DNA of 64,000 nucleotides. It comes from an uncultured virus (IMG/VR IMGVR_UViG_3300009152_000029). Its lineage: Duplodnaviria > Heunggongvirae > Uroviricota > Caudoviricetes. The stretch lies in IMG/VR virus record IMGVR_UViG_3300009152_000029; one strand, 5' to 3'. Below are positions 18,657-30,000 of this stretch, piece after piece. Position numbers and translations under genes: made by a program. Each line of letters opens with the position of its first letter. The stretch's first letter is position 1. Below the pieces are notes generated by a model. The model saw only the letters and a program-made list of their open reading frames with translations. It was not told where the DNA came from and ran no database searches.

Positions 18657-19619
18657 ATGAACATAAGTGTAGTAGAAAATAAAGCTCAAGTAAAAATCCA
18701 AGATAATGAAAATATTTTTTCATTAGAATTTTTTTCATCAGATAAAAATTTTCTCATAAGTGAAAATTCTGAAACTGTTGCTTTCAAATTATTTAAAAAT
18801 GCAGAAGTTTCAATAAATTCTCAATTAGATAAACTTGAAATCAATTTTACAAAAGCAGCTAAATATTTACAATTTATTACTTTTGAATTAAAAGTAGAGT
18901 CAATTTTTGATATTGAAAAAGATTACTTACGCTTCACTGCTGGAGATGGTATCTATGTTCTTGATTTCATCAATACAAGTTTTAGCTTTGATTCTTCAAG
19001 TAAAATTATAGTTGCTCTTTCAGAAGGATATCATTCTATAAAATTATATAAGAATGAAAATTTTGACAGACAATTTAAATCTAAAAGCTTTGAAGCATTT
19101 AATATAACAAATCCATTTCTGATAGATGAAACTTCAAAAATGCCAGAATTCTCAATCGGTATTTTCGATGATGCAGAATTTTCTACACCGAGGCCAATTA
19201 GACAGGGAAATCCTATTATATCTACTGTGCCATCTGTTGTAAATGATAATTCTACTGCAGATGACATTGACTACTATAATTCAGGAAATGGTCCAGATTC
19301 TAAAACAATTTATTTCAAAATAATTTGCAATCAAATACTTGAAAGCGCATTGTCTTCAGGTGATTTGTCAACTAATTTACAATTGAAAGTTTATTTGCCA
19401 AATGGTTTAGACACAGTTAAAGTTGCTTCTTATGAAGATATATATTTTGTGTCAAAAGACACGACTAATAACATATCTGTCTACTCAGGCTCGTATACTT
19501 TTTATAGACAAGGCACTTACAATAACATTGATTATGTTGATGGTTTTATGTACTTTGACATTCATTGTCCATTAACTGTACAAAAATCATTACCTTTCCA
19601 GTTTGATTTTTCAATATAA
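18657..19619 (+). CDS. Hypothetical beta-rich protein (320 aa)
   Basis: Long ORF tightly packed in the operon with a 3-nt gap. No recognisable motif. Confidence 0.75.
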   Translation: MNISVVENKAQVKIQDNENIFSLEFFSSDKNFLISENSETVAFKLFKNAEVSINSQLDKLEINFTKAAKYLQFITFELKVESIFDIEKDYLRFTAGDGIYVLDFINTSFSFDSSSKIIVALSEGYHSIKLYKNENFDRQFKSKSFEAFNITNPFLIDETSKMPEFSIGIFDDAEFSTPRPIRQGNPIISTVPSVVNDNSTADDIDYYNSGNGPDSKTIYFKIICNQILESALSSGDLSTNLQLKVYLPNGLDTVKVASYEDIYFVSKDTTNNISVYSGSYTFYRQGTYNNIDYVDGFMYFDIHCPLTVQKSLPFQFDFSI

Positions 19620-19679
19620 TAGGTTATTGAGCTGCTGGATAAGAATATTTTAAGTAATCTCTGACAGTGGTGGATCAAG

Positions 19680-22600
19680 GTGCCATATAACGTATCAGTA
19701 ATTTTACCTGACAATTTAACAAGCGGATATTTACAATCTGAATTCATTAATTCTGGTCAAACTTACACCAATAACTCCTTTTCTAAAGACCCAAATCTAG
19801 ATAACAATAAAAACACATTGGTATTTGGATTTGAAGTGCGTGATAGTGCTTCAAGGCAAATCGTGTTCCCAAGAAGAATCAAAATTCTCTATCTGTCAAA
19901 TGATAAAGAATTTGATCCAGCCACAACAATTGCTATCAATAATTTTCCTTCATCATCATATGTGTTTGATCCAGAATATGATTATGAATATACTTTCAAT
20001 CCGCTTTTTTTCTTTGACAACACCCTGACACAAGGCACAATGTCAAATCCAACTGCTGGAGGCACAGGCTTATTTAAGATTTACAATTGGCCGTTAAGTG
20101 CCAATGGTGGTCTTTCTACTGTGTATATGAAAGCTATTCTAGAGGGCCCAAATGGAAGTGACATTGAATATCCTATGGGTTATGGAATCTTTGATCAAAT
20201 TTTATGGGAAGGACAACTACCTGTAAATCCAGATTTTCCAGAGATAACTAGTGGTAAAATTGGATATACTGGCAAAAATACATTACTTACATTTGTATCT
20301 GGTAATCAAGTATCTACGCAAACTGAAAAACCAGGAATTGCTCGATATTTAGGCTCAATTTATGAAATTTCTAATACAGGTGGGACTTCTGATGCCTACA
20401 CTGCAAATTCAACCGTAAGAAGAAATTTAATACCAACAGCCTCAATTGCTTCTACTTCTCTTACAACCTATAAGCAGTACGATGGAAATTACAGTGCTTT
20501 CTCCATAACTCTTGGAGCCAGTGTTGGTTTAACAGGGTTTGAGTATAGCAGAGGAATTATAGCATATTCAAAAACTAAATTGATTCCTTCTTCGGGCAAA
20601 ACAGATTTTTACACTCAAGCTGGATTTTCATTTACTACAAGTGGAATAGCTGTTACATCCCAAGCTTATCTAAAACTTTATGCAGCACCTGATACTAGCG
20701 CAAACGGAAATGAAATAGTTTGCCGAATTGATATACCTAATAATTCTCGTCCAATCTCATATTTATATACAAGGCAAAATGGAAGTGATAGCGCTTCTAA
20801 ACAAATAACGAATCTTCCTCATAGTTTACTTCCACTATTACAGTCTGGTGGTGTGATGGAAATGTACTATTCTTCTTTGGGAAGTACAAATTTATGTTTT
20901 GTCGAAGCTTATTACACGCCAAACACAGACCAATCACAAGAATCTAGAAAAAGTTACTTGCTGGGTAATTCACTCTTAACTTCTTTTGGCAGTTCATCTG
21001 TAGGAAGCGCTTTTGGATATCAGATATCTCAAGCTACAGGCAGTACATATAATGGTGGAATAATTTTAGATGAATTATTTTTAGCTCAAGGAAAATCAAA
21101 GTTATCTGTTGATTTGGGTGATTGTACTTTTGATGATGTGTCTGTGGTCAATGCCCCAGTAGTTGACATAAATTACTCGTGGACAGATTATGAAAATGAA
21201 GAGTTTATTTACCTTACTGATGCTCAAAATGGTTTGACTGTAAGCAAAACAGCCTACACTGAATATATTGAAATTCAAAAATTAGATGCGACTAGCGCTT
21301 ACACAATACCGGCAACTTATGAGCTTCAAATGTATAAGCCATCCTTCAGTAATAGAACAGCCTTAGAAGTTTCTTTTGTGCACGGTTCTGATGATTTTTA
21401 TGTTGCATTCAGCACAGTGTCTTCTTATCGTTCACACAATGAAAATAATCTCACTGTTTTATGGGACAGACCTTTAGCTTGTAGATGTGAAGAAGGTTCA
21501 ATTTATACAGATGCTCCTATTGATGCACCTACAGTATTGGTTAATTTTAGTGGTGATAAAAAAGAAATATCTGTTTACTACAGAACTTCTGATAATAAAC
21601 TAAGAAAGCAAATACTTAGGTCATATCAACCAACAAGCTCTAAAGTTAAATATCTTATAGAAATTACAGATCAAGTACCATCTTCTTTTGCTGGAAGATA
21701 TAAGCAACAAACTAATAACGCTACATATTTAGTTGTCAAGGAACTTTCAGGCTCTGGAATAAATGTTGTAGGTGTTTCTAATCTTTATTTGTCAATGGAT
21801 CAGAATTCTTCAGGTTTAGGTTACTTTGCATCTGTTGGTGTTAGAGAGAGTTCTTTTACAAATATTTCAAACAAAATTTATTCTATTAAATATTCTGGTA
21901 TTCCAAATTTTTATAAAGAGCAATTTGACAATGATTCTTCAGTAAAAACATTTTTGTTATCAGATGAAGCCATTGCTAACAATAAACATTATCTTGGACA
22001 AAAACTCTTGAGTGGTTCAACAGATTTTGAATCTTTTAGCTATTCATCTTTGTTGAACATTCCAAAATTAACTTTGGATGCTTCTTATGGAACAGGGACA
22101 ACTTTACCTAATAGTCCTAGTTATTCATCAAATGTTTTAACAAGCGGTTCTGCAACAACATTGTTCGTAGATGGTAGTTCTATAACATCATTGTCAGATT
22201 ATATTTTAGTAAAAGATCAATTAAATCCAATCCAAAATGGTGTGTATCAACTTTCCAGAGTTGGAACTGCTACCACATCTTGGAGACTTGCGAGAGTTTC
22301 AGAGATGGATTCAAGCGCAGATTTATATAATGGAAGCTTGGTAAGAGTTGCACTGGGTAGTTCTAATGCTAGCACTTCTTGGAATTTAATTACGCCAGAC
22401 CCAATGATTTTAGGTTCTACAGGAATAACTTTTAGTAAGACTAGTGTTACACCTACAGTTTTATCAGCAGTTACAACTGGTGCAAATTTAGATATAGAAA
22501 ATATTGCAACATCGTCAATTGATGGAATTAGTTTGCCAGATTTGTCTATTAATAGTCTTGTGCTTGTCAAAGACCAATATAATGCAGAAGAAAATGGAGT

Positions 22601-24032
22601 TTACAAAAAATCTGTATCTGGATGGTCACTGCAATCTTATGACGTGGGAGTACCATTTAGATGCTCAAGCGGAACTATAAACGAAAATACAAATTGGCAT
22701 AAGATTAATATTGCTGATGGTGATGAAATAGTTCAAAAATTTCTTTCGACAACTTTTTTTACTAAATTAACTGTTGGACAAATTTCTAGTTTCGTTTCAT
22801 CAATTAAGCCCCAACTGTTTGAATTTAAAATGCATTGGAAAGATTATCAAAAGCCTTTCAAGTATGATGAAGTACGTTTGAGATTTTTTGAGAACAATGG
22901 CGATGTTGCAGATTATGACAATCCACTCACTGATTGGCTGTCAGTAAATTACAATCCATATGTTGCTGGATTTGACATAAATACCAACAACGAATTAGTA
23001 CAAGTAAAACTTTCAGAAAATTCTTGGTCGAGCTCTTTATCTCAAGGTGATGAGATTTGGGTTGGGATAACACTTCCATTCAGTACTTCATTAGGCAAAG
23101 CTTTCGGTATACAAACTGAAGAGAATGATTTTATTACCAATGGAGATTTATCAGGCCATAGATTGGCTAAAAATTTATGGCACAAGCTTCATTGTAGATA
23201 TGTAGAAAAAGAACTAAACCAAACTGATAAAAATGCACAGCACTTCAGAGTGCGTTCTGTATCACATAATGACATATCAAGCTTTGCAACAAAAAATTCT
23301 GATGTTGCAATAGTAGATATTACTGCACCGCAAGATAGCAATTCTGATCCAACAGCTTTAGTCGCTACAGAGTCAACGCTAAGAATGGTTCAAATATCAA
23401 TTCAAGCAACAGATTTGGGAAGTGGAATTTTAGCTTTTAGAGTTGGAAAAGAAATTGATAATTCATTCATAAATTATACTCCTTGGCTTCCTTGGTCTAA
23501 ATTTATTGTTGCTGAAGAAAATAAATATTTTATTTATTTGTACGGACATTTGAATTATTATCCTCTAGGTCCTGAACATACTTCATTTATCAAACAAACA
23601 TCTGGATATTCTGGACAAAGAAAAGTTTGGATACAGCTTATGGATTATATGGGTAATATCAGTGAATCAAATCCATTAACATTTGTAGCAACTTCTCAAG
23701 CTTTAGTAGACACGCAGCCACCAATTGGAGGCGCTGATTTTTATGATCCAAAAACTAATCAATTAACTAATATAACCAATCTGCCAGAAGCTTGGTTGAA
23801 AATGAATTGCTATGATTTGGTAAGTGGAATCAAAGATTTTTCAGTGAGAAGACTTTTAGACTCTGGACCTGGTGAATGGTCAGAATGGACACCTTATACT
23901 CCTTATGCTTCAGTAATTTTTGAAGGTGAATCAGATGGTGTGAAAAAAATAGAAATAAAATTTAGAGATTTCGGAAATAATATTACTCAGCCTGAAAATA
24001 AATGGGATGTTATTAGGAGACCTAAAGTATGA
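19680..24032 (+). CDS. Large putative virion protein (1450 aa, GTG start) with two LVKDQ...NGVY modules and Ig-like modules
   Basis: ILVKDQLNPIQNGVY (about 22203) and VLVKDQYNAEENGVY (about 22560). C-terminal D-x-x-P...W-x-x-W...K-x-x-I-x-x-x-D-x-(x)-GN Ig-like repeats. ATGA overlap with the next gene. Confidence 0.7.
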   Translation: MPYNVSVILPDNLTSGYLQSEFINSGQTYTNNSFSKDPNLDNNKNTLVFGFEVRDSASRQIVFPRRIKILYLSNDKEFDPATTIAINNFPSSSYVFDPEYDYEYTFNPLFFFDNTLTQGTMSNPTAGGTGLFKIYNWPLSANGGLSTVYMKAILEGPNGSDIEYPMGYGIFDQILWEGQLPVNPDFPEITSGKIGYTGKNTLLTFVSGNQVSTQTEKPGIARYLGSIYEISNTGGTSDAYTANSTVRRNLIPTASIASTSLTTYKQYDGNYSAFSITLGASVGLTGFEYSRGIIAYSKTKLIPSSGKTDFYTQAGFSFTTSGIAVTSQAYLKLYAAPDTSANGNEIVCRIDIPNNSRPISYLYTRQNGSDSASKQITNLPHSLLPLLQSGGVMEMYYSSLGSTNLCFVEAYYTPNTDQSQESRKSYLLGNSLLTSFGSSSVGSAFGYQISQATGSTYNGGIILDELFLAQGKSKLSVDLGDCTFDDVSVVNAPVVDINYSWTDYENEEFIYLTDAQNGLTVSKTAYTEYIEIQKLDATSAYTIPATYELQMYKPSFSNRTALEVSFVHGSDDFYVAFSTVSSYRSHNENNLTVLWDRPLACRCEEGSIYTDAPIDAPTVLVNFSGDKKEISVYYRTSDNKLRKQILRSYQPTSSKVKYLIEITDQVPSSFAGRYKQQTNNATYLVVKELSGSGINVVGVSNLYLSMDQNSSGLGYFASVGVRESSFTNISNKIYSIKYSGIPNFYKEQFDNDSSVKTFLLSDEAIANNKHYLGQKLLSGSTDFESFSYSSLLNIPKLTLDASYGTGTTLPNSPSYSSNVLTSGSATTLFVDGSSITSLSDYILVKDQLNPIQNGVYQLSRVGTATTSWRLARVSEMDSSADLYNGSLVRVALGSSNASTSWNLITPDPMILGSTGITFSKTSVTPTVLSAVTTGANLDIENIATSSIDGISLPDLSINSLVLVKDQYNAEENGVYKKSVSGWSLQSYDVGVPFRCSSGTINENTNWHKINIADGDEIVQKFLSTTFFTKLTVGQISSFVSSIKPQLFEFKMHWKDYQKPFKYDEVRLRFFENNGDVADYDNPLTDWLSVNYNPYVAGFDINTNNELVQVKLSENSWSSSLSQGDEIWVGITLPFSTSLGKAFGIQTEENDFITNGDLSGHRLAKNLWHKLHCRYVEKELNQTDKNAQHFRVRSVSHNDISSFATKNSDVAIVDITAPQDSNSDPTALVATESTLRMVQISIQATDLGSGILAFRVGKEIDNSFINYTPWLPWSKFIVAEENKYFIYLYGHLNYYPLGPEHTSFIKQTSGYSGQRKVWIQLMDYMGNISESNPLTFVATSQALVDTQPPIGGADFYDPKTNQLTNITNLPEAWLKMNCYDLVSGIKDFSVRRLLDSGPGEWSEWTPYTPYASVIFEGESDGVKKIEIKFRDFGNNITQPENKWDVIRRPKV

Positions 24033-26998
24033 TAGCAACATTATTTACTGCAAGCTGTCTGTGGAAAGGCCCAAATGATTCCGAAGAAAAAATTTATTTT
24101 TCTGGTGTTTCAAAAAAGAAATTTACAAATGTTTCTTTGGTTGACAGTCTTGATTCATCATATGCTACTGGAACAGCATTTAAACTTGTTGGTACAAATT
24201 CGGACGATTTAGGAAGAGTTTACAAATTATCAACTCAGGATGAAATAACAATAAATGTCTCTTCAGATGTATCTTATGGTGTTGATGATTATAATGGTTA
24301 TCTCGTCTTTGATACAGCAATAACTAATACAAATGTTTCAGTCACAATTGAAAAGTATTATGCAAGTGTCCATACATCAAACTTAATTTCATTTAATAAG
24401 CTTATTGATTTAGAAAAACTAAATGAAAGAGCAATAACTTCTATGGTTTCAACTACCGACGGAATTTATTTGGCTGGAATTTCAGGAAAAATTTGGTTTT
24501 ATGATGGTGAATATGTAAGAGGCCCTATTTTTATTTTGCAAGATAATTCGAGCGATATAAGTTCATCTTGTATGGTTTCACACAAGTTTGAACACGAATC
24601 TGAAGAGTATATTTATGTTGCATCAGATACAAAACCTAGATTATTTAGAGCTAAATTATCAACTGCTTATAATGGATCAGAATGGGAGCAAGTCTACCCG
24701 CAAGGAGAATTAGCCTCTTCTTCAGGTGGAATCTTGTCTATGGTTTCTGCATACAATAAATTATTCTTAGGTTGTTTAGACAAAAAAATTCACAAGTACA
24801 GCAGAACCAAAACAGTTTCATTATCACAACCTACTAACTTGATTACTGAAGAAGTTATAGTTAAGGAAACTGAAGTAGAATCATTGTCAACAACAAATCT
24901 GATATCAAATAATATTTCTGATTACGAACCTGTTAATTTTGGAATTAGATGTTTGTCTGTAGGAAAAAATCAAGTCTTTGCTGGTATCGATAAAAAATCT
25001 GAAGTTTGGTCTTACTCTGAAATACCAATTTCAAATCCTACATTAAATGAAAATTGGACAACTTTTTATTTTGATGAAGTTTTCTTAAACGATCCAGCCC
25101 CTGCCCAATTCTATTCATATGATAATAATACATTGAGTAGAAATGATGACAATTTAGCAATAGCAAGATTCCCTAATTTTCTCAATGCTAAGGGTTTTGA
25201 TGATTTCTTAGTTATAAAAGGCACAACACAAACTAGTACGGGATCAACAGCATATGGCTCAAGACTTTTTGAAATTTCAGAAGGATCAGATTGGGAGCAA
25301 CTCTTAGCAGAGATTTTGCCTGACCAAGATTTCATTGATGTTCAAGCAGCAAGTTTTGAGGCAATTACAAGTTGGAATAATTTTGAATCATTAGACGGAT
25401 ATGACTTTGTCTTGAATGATTTATTTATGTTGAAAGACCAAACAAGTGCTGGTACAAATGGCATACAAAATGGCATTTATGTTTACAATGGGGCTAATAA
25501 CGATCCAACACTCATAAACATAAATAGATATGTTCTTTCTGGAAGTGAAAAGATTGGTTTTTATATCCAGAATGGTTATGTCAACTTAGGCAATCGATAT
25601 TTGCTCAATTACACCGATCTCCTTTCAACAGGATATTATAATTTTTACAAGCCATCATACACTTTCGAATCTGAAGTTATCAATCTTTCAAAAAGTGAAG
25701 TTTACGATTCTACTGATTTAAAAAATGAACCAGGACTGAATAGTGCTGAACAAATTTTAGTCAATTCACATTCAGGATATCAAGGGTTTAAGATAGCTGA
25801 TGTTTATGGTCAATATTCTATTGAATTTAATACAGACACACTTGTGTTAAGTTCTGGTAATAATTCTGTATCAAAAAATCTTACTACTACAGGACTTATA
25901 AAAAATTGGCAATTTTATGCTGTTTCTTCAGGCATAGCTTCTGCTGATACCCAATCTTGGACTGCAAGAAATTTCATTGAATCACTTGATGCTGAAACAG
26001 AGACAAATTATGACATTTTTAATAATGCTTATGACAAATATATATTAAAAGTTACACCTTCACTTACTGGAAATCCATCAATTGATATAGATAATTTAAA
26101 TCTAAATGTTGACTTAAATACAGTAATAAAACTTAGAATTAAGATAAAGAACAAATCTCAGTCATTAGATTTGGGCAAAATCAGAGCTTATTGGGCATTC
26201 AACGCTGGTGGATTCAATAAATATGCAGAAACAAATATACATACATCTGATGAGTATATTGACTACACGATCAAGCCAATATGGCAAGGAAAAGTTGGTA
26301 AGCTTTCAATTGAATTTGTAGGATTGCCTGAGAACAATCAAAGACCTGAAATTATTTGTATTGATTTGATACAAATAATTAGTGATGAAAATGTTTTTGA
26401 TATAAATAATTCACTTTCAAAAATAAGAGTCATAGTAGAAGATAGAGATATTAAAATTTATCTTGGCCTACAAAATGATCCTTTTTTAGAAAAGAAAAAT
26501 TTTATCAAACTTGACACTTACAATCCTAAATATATTGATTCCGAAGCTAATTCTTGGGATCACGACCATCCATTCATTCAGTTTGGTAAATTAAGAAATG
26601 ATGCGAGTGATTCTTTGGTTGGATTTTCAAAAATTTCATTCATAATTGGGCAAAAGTACGCTCCTGTTGATAATAAAATAATTGATTTTAACTTATCTGC
26701 CGTTCTCCCATCTACAGGAGGCATCAGGTTATTTACCTACCACGATGGAACACTATATTGTGCCACTGATGGATATGTAAGTGACAAAATTTCTGATAAT
26801 CCAAACGATAGACAATCAAAGTTATTTTATTACAAATCTGATGCTGAATCTTGGTTTAATGAAGAAGTTGCTTTTGAAAGAAAAAAAATATTTGATTCAT
26901 CTGGCAACTACGATCTACTAGGCATAGTTAGACCATTGACATCTATTTCATATAAAGGAAATTTATTCTTAAGTGGTCATTATGGAAGTATAAAATAA
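24029..26998 (+). CDS. Putative virion beta-propeller protein (989 aa)
   Basis: Propeller-like blades (AITSMVSTTDGIYLAG, ILSMVSAYNKLFLG, LFTYHDGTLYCAT) and one LKDQ...NGIY module at about 25427. Confidence 0.65.
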   Translation: MIATLFTASCLWKGPNDSEEKIYFSGVSKKKFTNVSLVDSLDSSYATGTAFKLVGTNSDDLGRVYKLSTQDEITINVSSDVSYGVDDYNGYLVFDTAITNTNVSVTIEKYYASVHTSNLISFNKLIDLEKLNERAITSMVSTTDGIYLAGISGKIWFYDGEYVRGPIFILQDNSSDISSSCMVSHKFEHESEEYIYVASDTKPRLFRAKLSTAYNGSEWEQVYPQGELASSSGGILSMVSAYNKLFLGCLDKKIHKYSRTKTVSLSQPTNLITEEVIVKETEVESLSTTNLISNNISDYEPVNFGIRCLSVGKNQVFAGIDKKSEVWSYSEIPISNPTLNENWTTFYFDEVFLNDPAPAQFYSYDNNTLSRNDDNLAIARFPNFLNAKGFDDFLVIKGTTQTSTGSTAYGSRLFEISEGSDWEQLLAEILPDQDFIDVQAASFEAITSWNNFESLDGYDFVLNDLFMLKDQTSAGTNGIQNGIYVYNGANNDPTLININRYVLSGSEKIGFYIQNGYVNLGNRYLLNYTDLLSTGYYNFYKPSYTFESEVINLSKSEVYDSTDLKNEPGLNSAEQILVNSHSGYQGFKIADVYGQYSIEFNTDTLVLSSGNNSVSKNLTTTGLIKNWQFYAVSSGIASADTQSWTARNFIESLDAETETNYDIFNNAYDKYILKVTPSLTGNPSIDIDNLNLNVDLNTVIKLRIKIKNKSQSLDLGKIRAYWAFNAGGFNKYAETNIHTSDEYIDYTIKPIWQGKVGKLSIEFVGLPENNQRPEIICIDLIQIISDENVFDINNSLSKIRVIVEDRDIKIYLGLQNDPFLEKKNFIKLDTYNPKYIDSEANSWDHDHPFIQFGKLRNDASDSLVGFSKISFIIGQKYAPVDNKIIDFNLSAVLPSTGGIRLFTYHDGTLYCATDGYVSDKISDNPNDRQSKLFYYKSDAESWFNEEVAFERKKIFDSSGNYDLLGIVRPLTSISYKGNLFLSGHYGSIK

Positions 26999-27004
26999 TA
27001 AAAT

Positions 27005-30000
27005 ATGGAAATAAACAACAATTTTATTGCTTTTAGCGGGGCAAGTCCTGGAATATCTACAAGTTTGACAAACTTGTCTTATACTTCATATGACGGTCAA
27101 AGAATTTATTTAAACTTTGATGACATAGATAGCTCTGGTCTTGAACCATCTTCTGGACTTCAATTAAGATTTTCAGTTACTAAAAAATTTGGAAGCTCTA
27201 TAGCAGGTACAGTAACTCCAACTGCAACATTTATTGATTCAAGAACTCCAAAAACACTTGAGCTTATACTTTCAAGTTCTGACAGATTAGTAGATAGTTC
27301 GTATGATGGCTCTGGGATTGCTCTAACAGCTCAAACTGTTTTTGTTTCTTATAATGCTTCATCTTTTGGAACTACAGTTCCAAAACTATCAGATAATGAT
27401 ACGCAAAAGTCATTTGTATCATCTTTCATTGGTGTTGGTATTACAAACCTTACAAAGGAAGCAAGACCACCGCTTTATAATTATTCAACCACAAGTACAG
27501 ATGGTTCAAAAGTATTTGTGTATTACACAGAAGCTACACCACCAATTCTTCCAGTTTCATCTATAGCTGGTTTTGCAGTATCACAAAATAACGCAGGCAT
27601 AGCAATTACTAATGCCTATGTTTTAGATCCGACAAGTGCAACTTTAGGGAAAATTGTTGTACTCCAACTTCAATCAAAAATTTCCCTAAACGACGGTACA
27701 AATCCAGTCACATTGACATACAATCCTCCATCATCTGATGTTTTCAAAATTAGAGATAGCACAGGAACTGGATTGACATATGCTTCAGCATTATCTGGAG
27801 TGGCAGTTACAAATCTTTCGTCAGAAACAACTAGACCTGTCGTAGTCAATACTCAAACTAGTGTAGGCGGTTTAGCTTTTGTTCAGGTTGTAATGTCTGA
27901 ACTAACACAACCTGGCTCATCAGCAACAGGTTTCAGTGTTTACGATGTTGTTTTGGGGCAATACAAGCCTATAGCATCTGTTACTGATTTTCCAACTACC
28001 TATAATGGCTTAGATGTTACGCAATATGATTTATTAATAACAGCTGGAATCAGTCCTACAGATATAATAACATTAAGTTATTCAAAGCAAAGTTCCAACT
28101 TTATAACTGACCAAAGTACAAACTTAAATGAACTTGCAAATTTTTCAAACAGAGCAATTATTAACAGAAGGAGAGGTGTTCTACCACTTTCTCCAAGTGG
28201 TACATATAGTGCAACAGCAGCTACTACAAGTTATGTATCAACAAATGGTTCGGAAATATTTTTAGATTTTAATTTAAATAAGTCTTACCCAGCACTTCCA
28301 GGCACAGGAATAAGTGGCTTTCAAGTTTTTATTGATGGCCAATATTCTCCCGTCAAGACTGCATCATCAGGTTCAACAGGTTCAGACCACAATGTAAAGT
28401 TGACTTTATATAACAAAGTTGCTTTTGGAAGTTCTGTTGAAATTTCTCTTCAAAATGGAAATCTTCAACTTTATGGTGGTTCAGGATACGGTACTGTTAG
28501 AAACTTTGAACCAGTTTTAATTCAAAATAATTCATCTTATGATTTGAATGGTTTTTTCGATACAAGATATTGGAATGATGCATTAAATAATGTCCAAACA
28601 TTTGATTTTAAAATTGAAGATCAAAATGTTGACATCTTTGTAAAATCTGATTTTTATCCTACAGCAAGTGTAATTTATGATACTCATCCTCCTAAAGGAA
28701 TAGTTATATTAAATAGAAATGCAGATGATGTTGATCCTGGCATTAAAGTCCACTATTTTTCAGGGCTTGGATATTCTTCTATAACTGAAACACAAAGTAA
28801 CACATTATCTGATTTTTCATTTACTAGTCTCAGAACAGCAGTGAAAATTACCTCACCAAGAAATCAGAACATATCAACTATCTATCTAAAACTTAAAAAG
28901 TCTGGAACAATTCTGAACCTTGGTGACAAAGTAAATGTTGCCCTATACACCAATGATTCTGTTACCGACTCTCCGTCAACATTATTAGGTACTTTTTCTA
29001 GTATACAATTCAATGATCTTACAACATCGTATGAAGAATATACTTTTTCAAACACCGGAATCTCTCTTTCAGAAGATACAGAATATTGGATAGATATTAC
29101 ATTAGACAATCTTCCAATTGCAGTAACGGGTACAGTAAAAATAGATTTAGCTACATTTACATCTACAGATAATGAAATTGCTTATTATGATGATACCGAG
29201 CTGTCTTGGGTAAGACTGGCTGACAAGACTGCATATAACAAGCTAACTGCATTTAACACTGCTTCGTCTGAATTACCATCAACTGACTATTTACTTGATA
29301 TCTTTGAATCTCCTATCAAAAGTGTGGACGTATATGGCGGAAGTTCTGATTTATCTAAGTTTGAAGTTATAGGAAATGAACAATCAAATTATATTTATAA
29401 AAAATTCGATCCTGTAGTAGTTGATGAGTCTAATAGTTCAAATAATATTTATCCAACAATAACAAACTTGGTTGTGGGTGCAACTGCAAAAAATACAAAA
29501 ATCTACAAATGTCAAATAAAAACAACAAGAACTTCTGATTGGGTAGATTTGTTTGAAAATATTGCAGATCAAGAAACATTAGATTATTTAAATTTTACTT
29601 TTGACACGCCCACTTCTTTATATGCTGCAAGATTAGCTTATCACGGTGATTATTTTACTATCGATCAAAGAGCTGAAGTAACCATAGCTGCTTATGATGA
29701 ATTTTCCGATGTTGTTTCTGCTCAAATTTCAAGATTTGAAGATTTTAGAGATGCAACTAATTTTCCAAATGCTGACTCAAAAGGCTTTATTGATTTTTCA
29801 GCTGGAGAAACAACTTTCCAAAATGTAGACTTGACAAATGCTGCATATCTATGGAGCAAAAAAACTGGGAATGCAACATCTGAAATTACAGCAATAACAT
29901 CATTCAATGAAAAGATTTTAATTGCATCAAATAATAAAATGTTTGTGTATTTCAATGGCGAAGTTTACGAAATATTAAACGAGTCTCTAGTGACAGAGAA

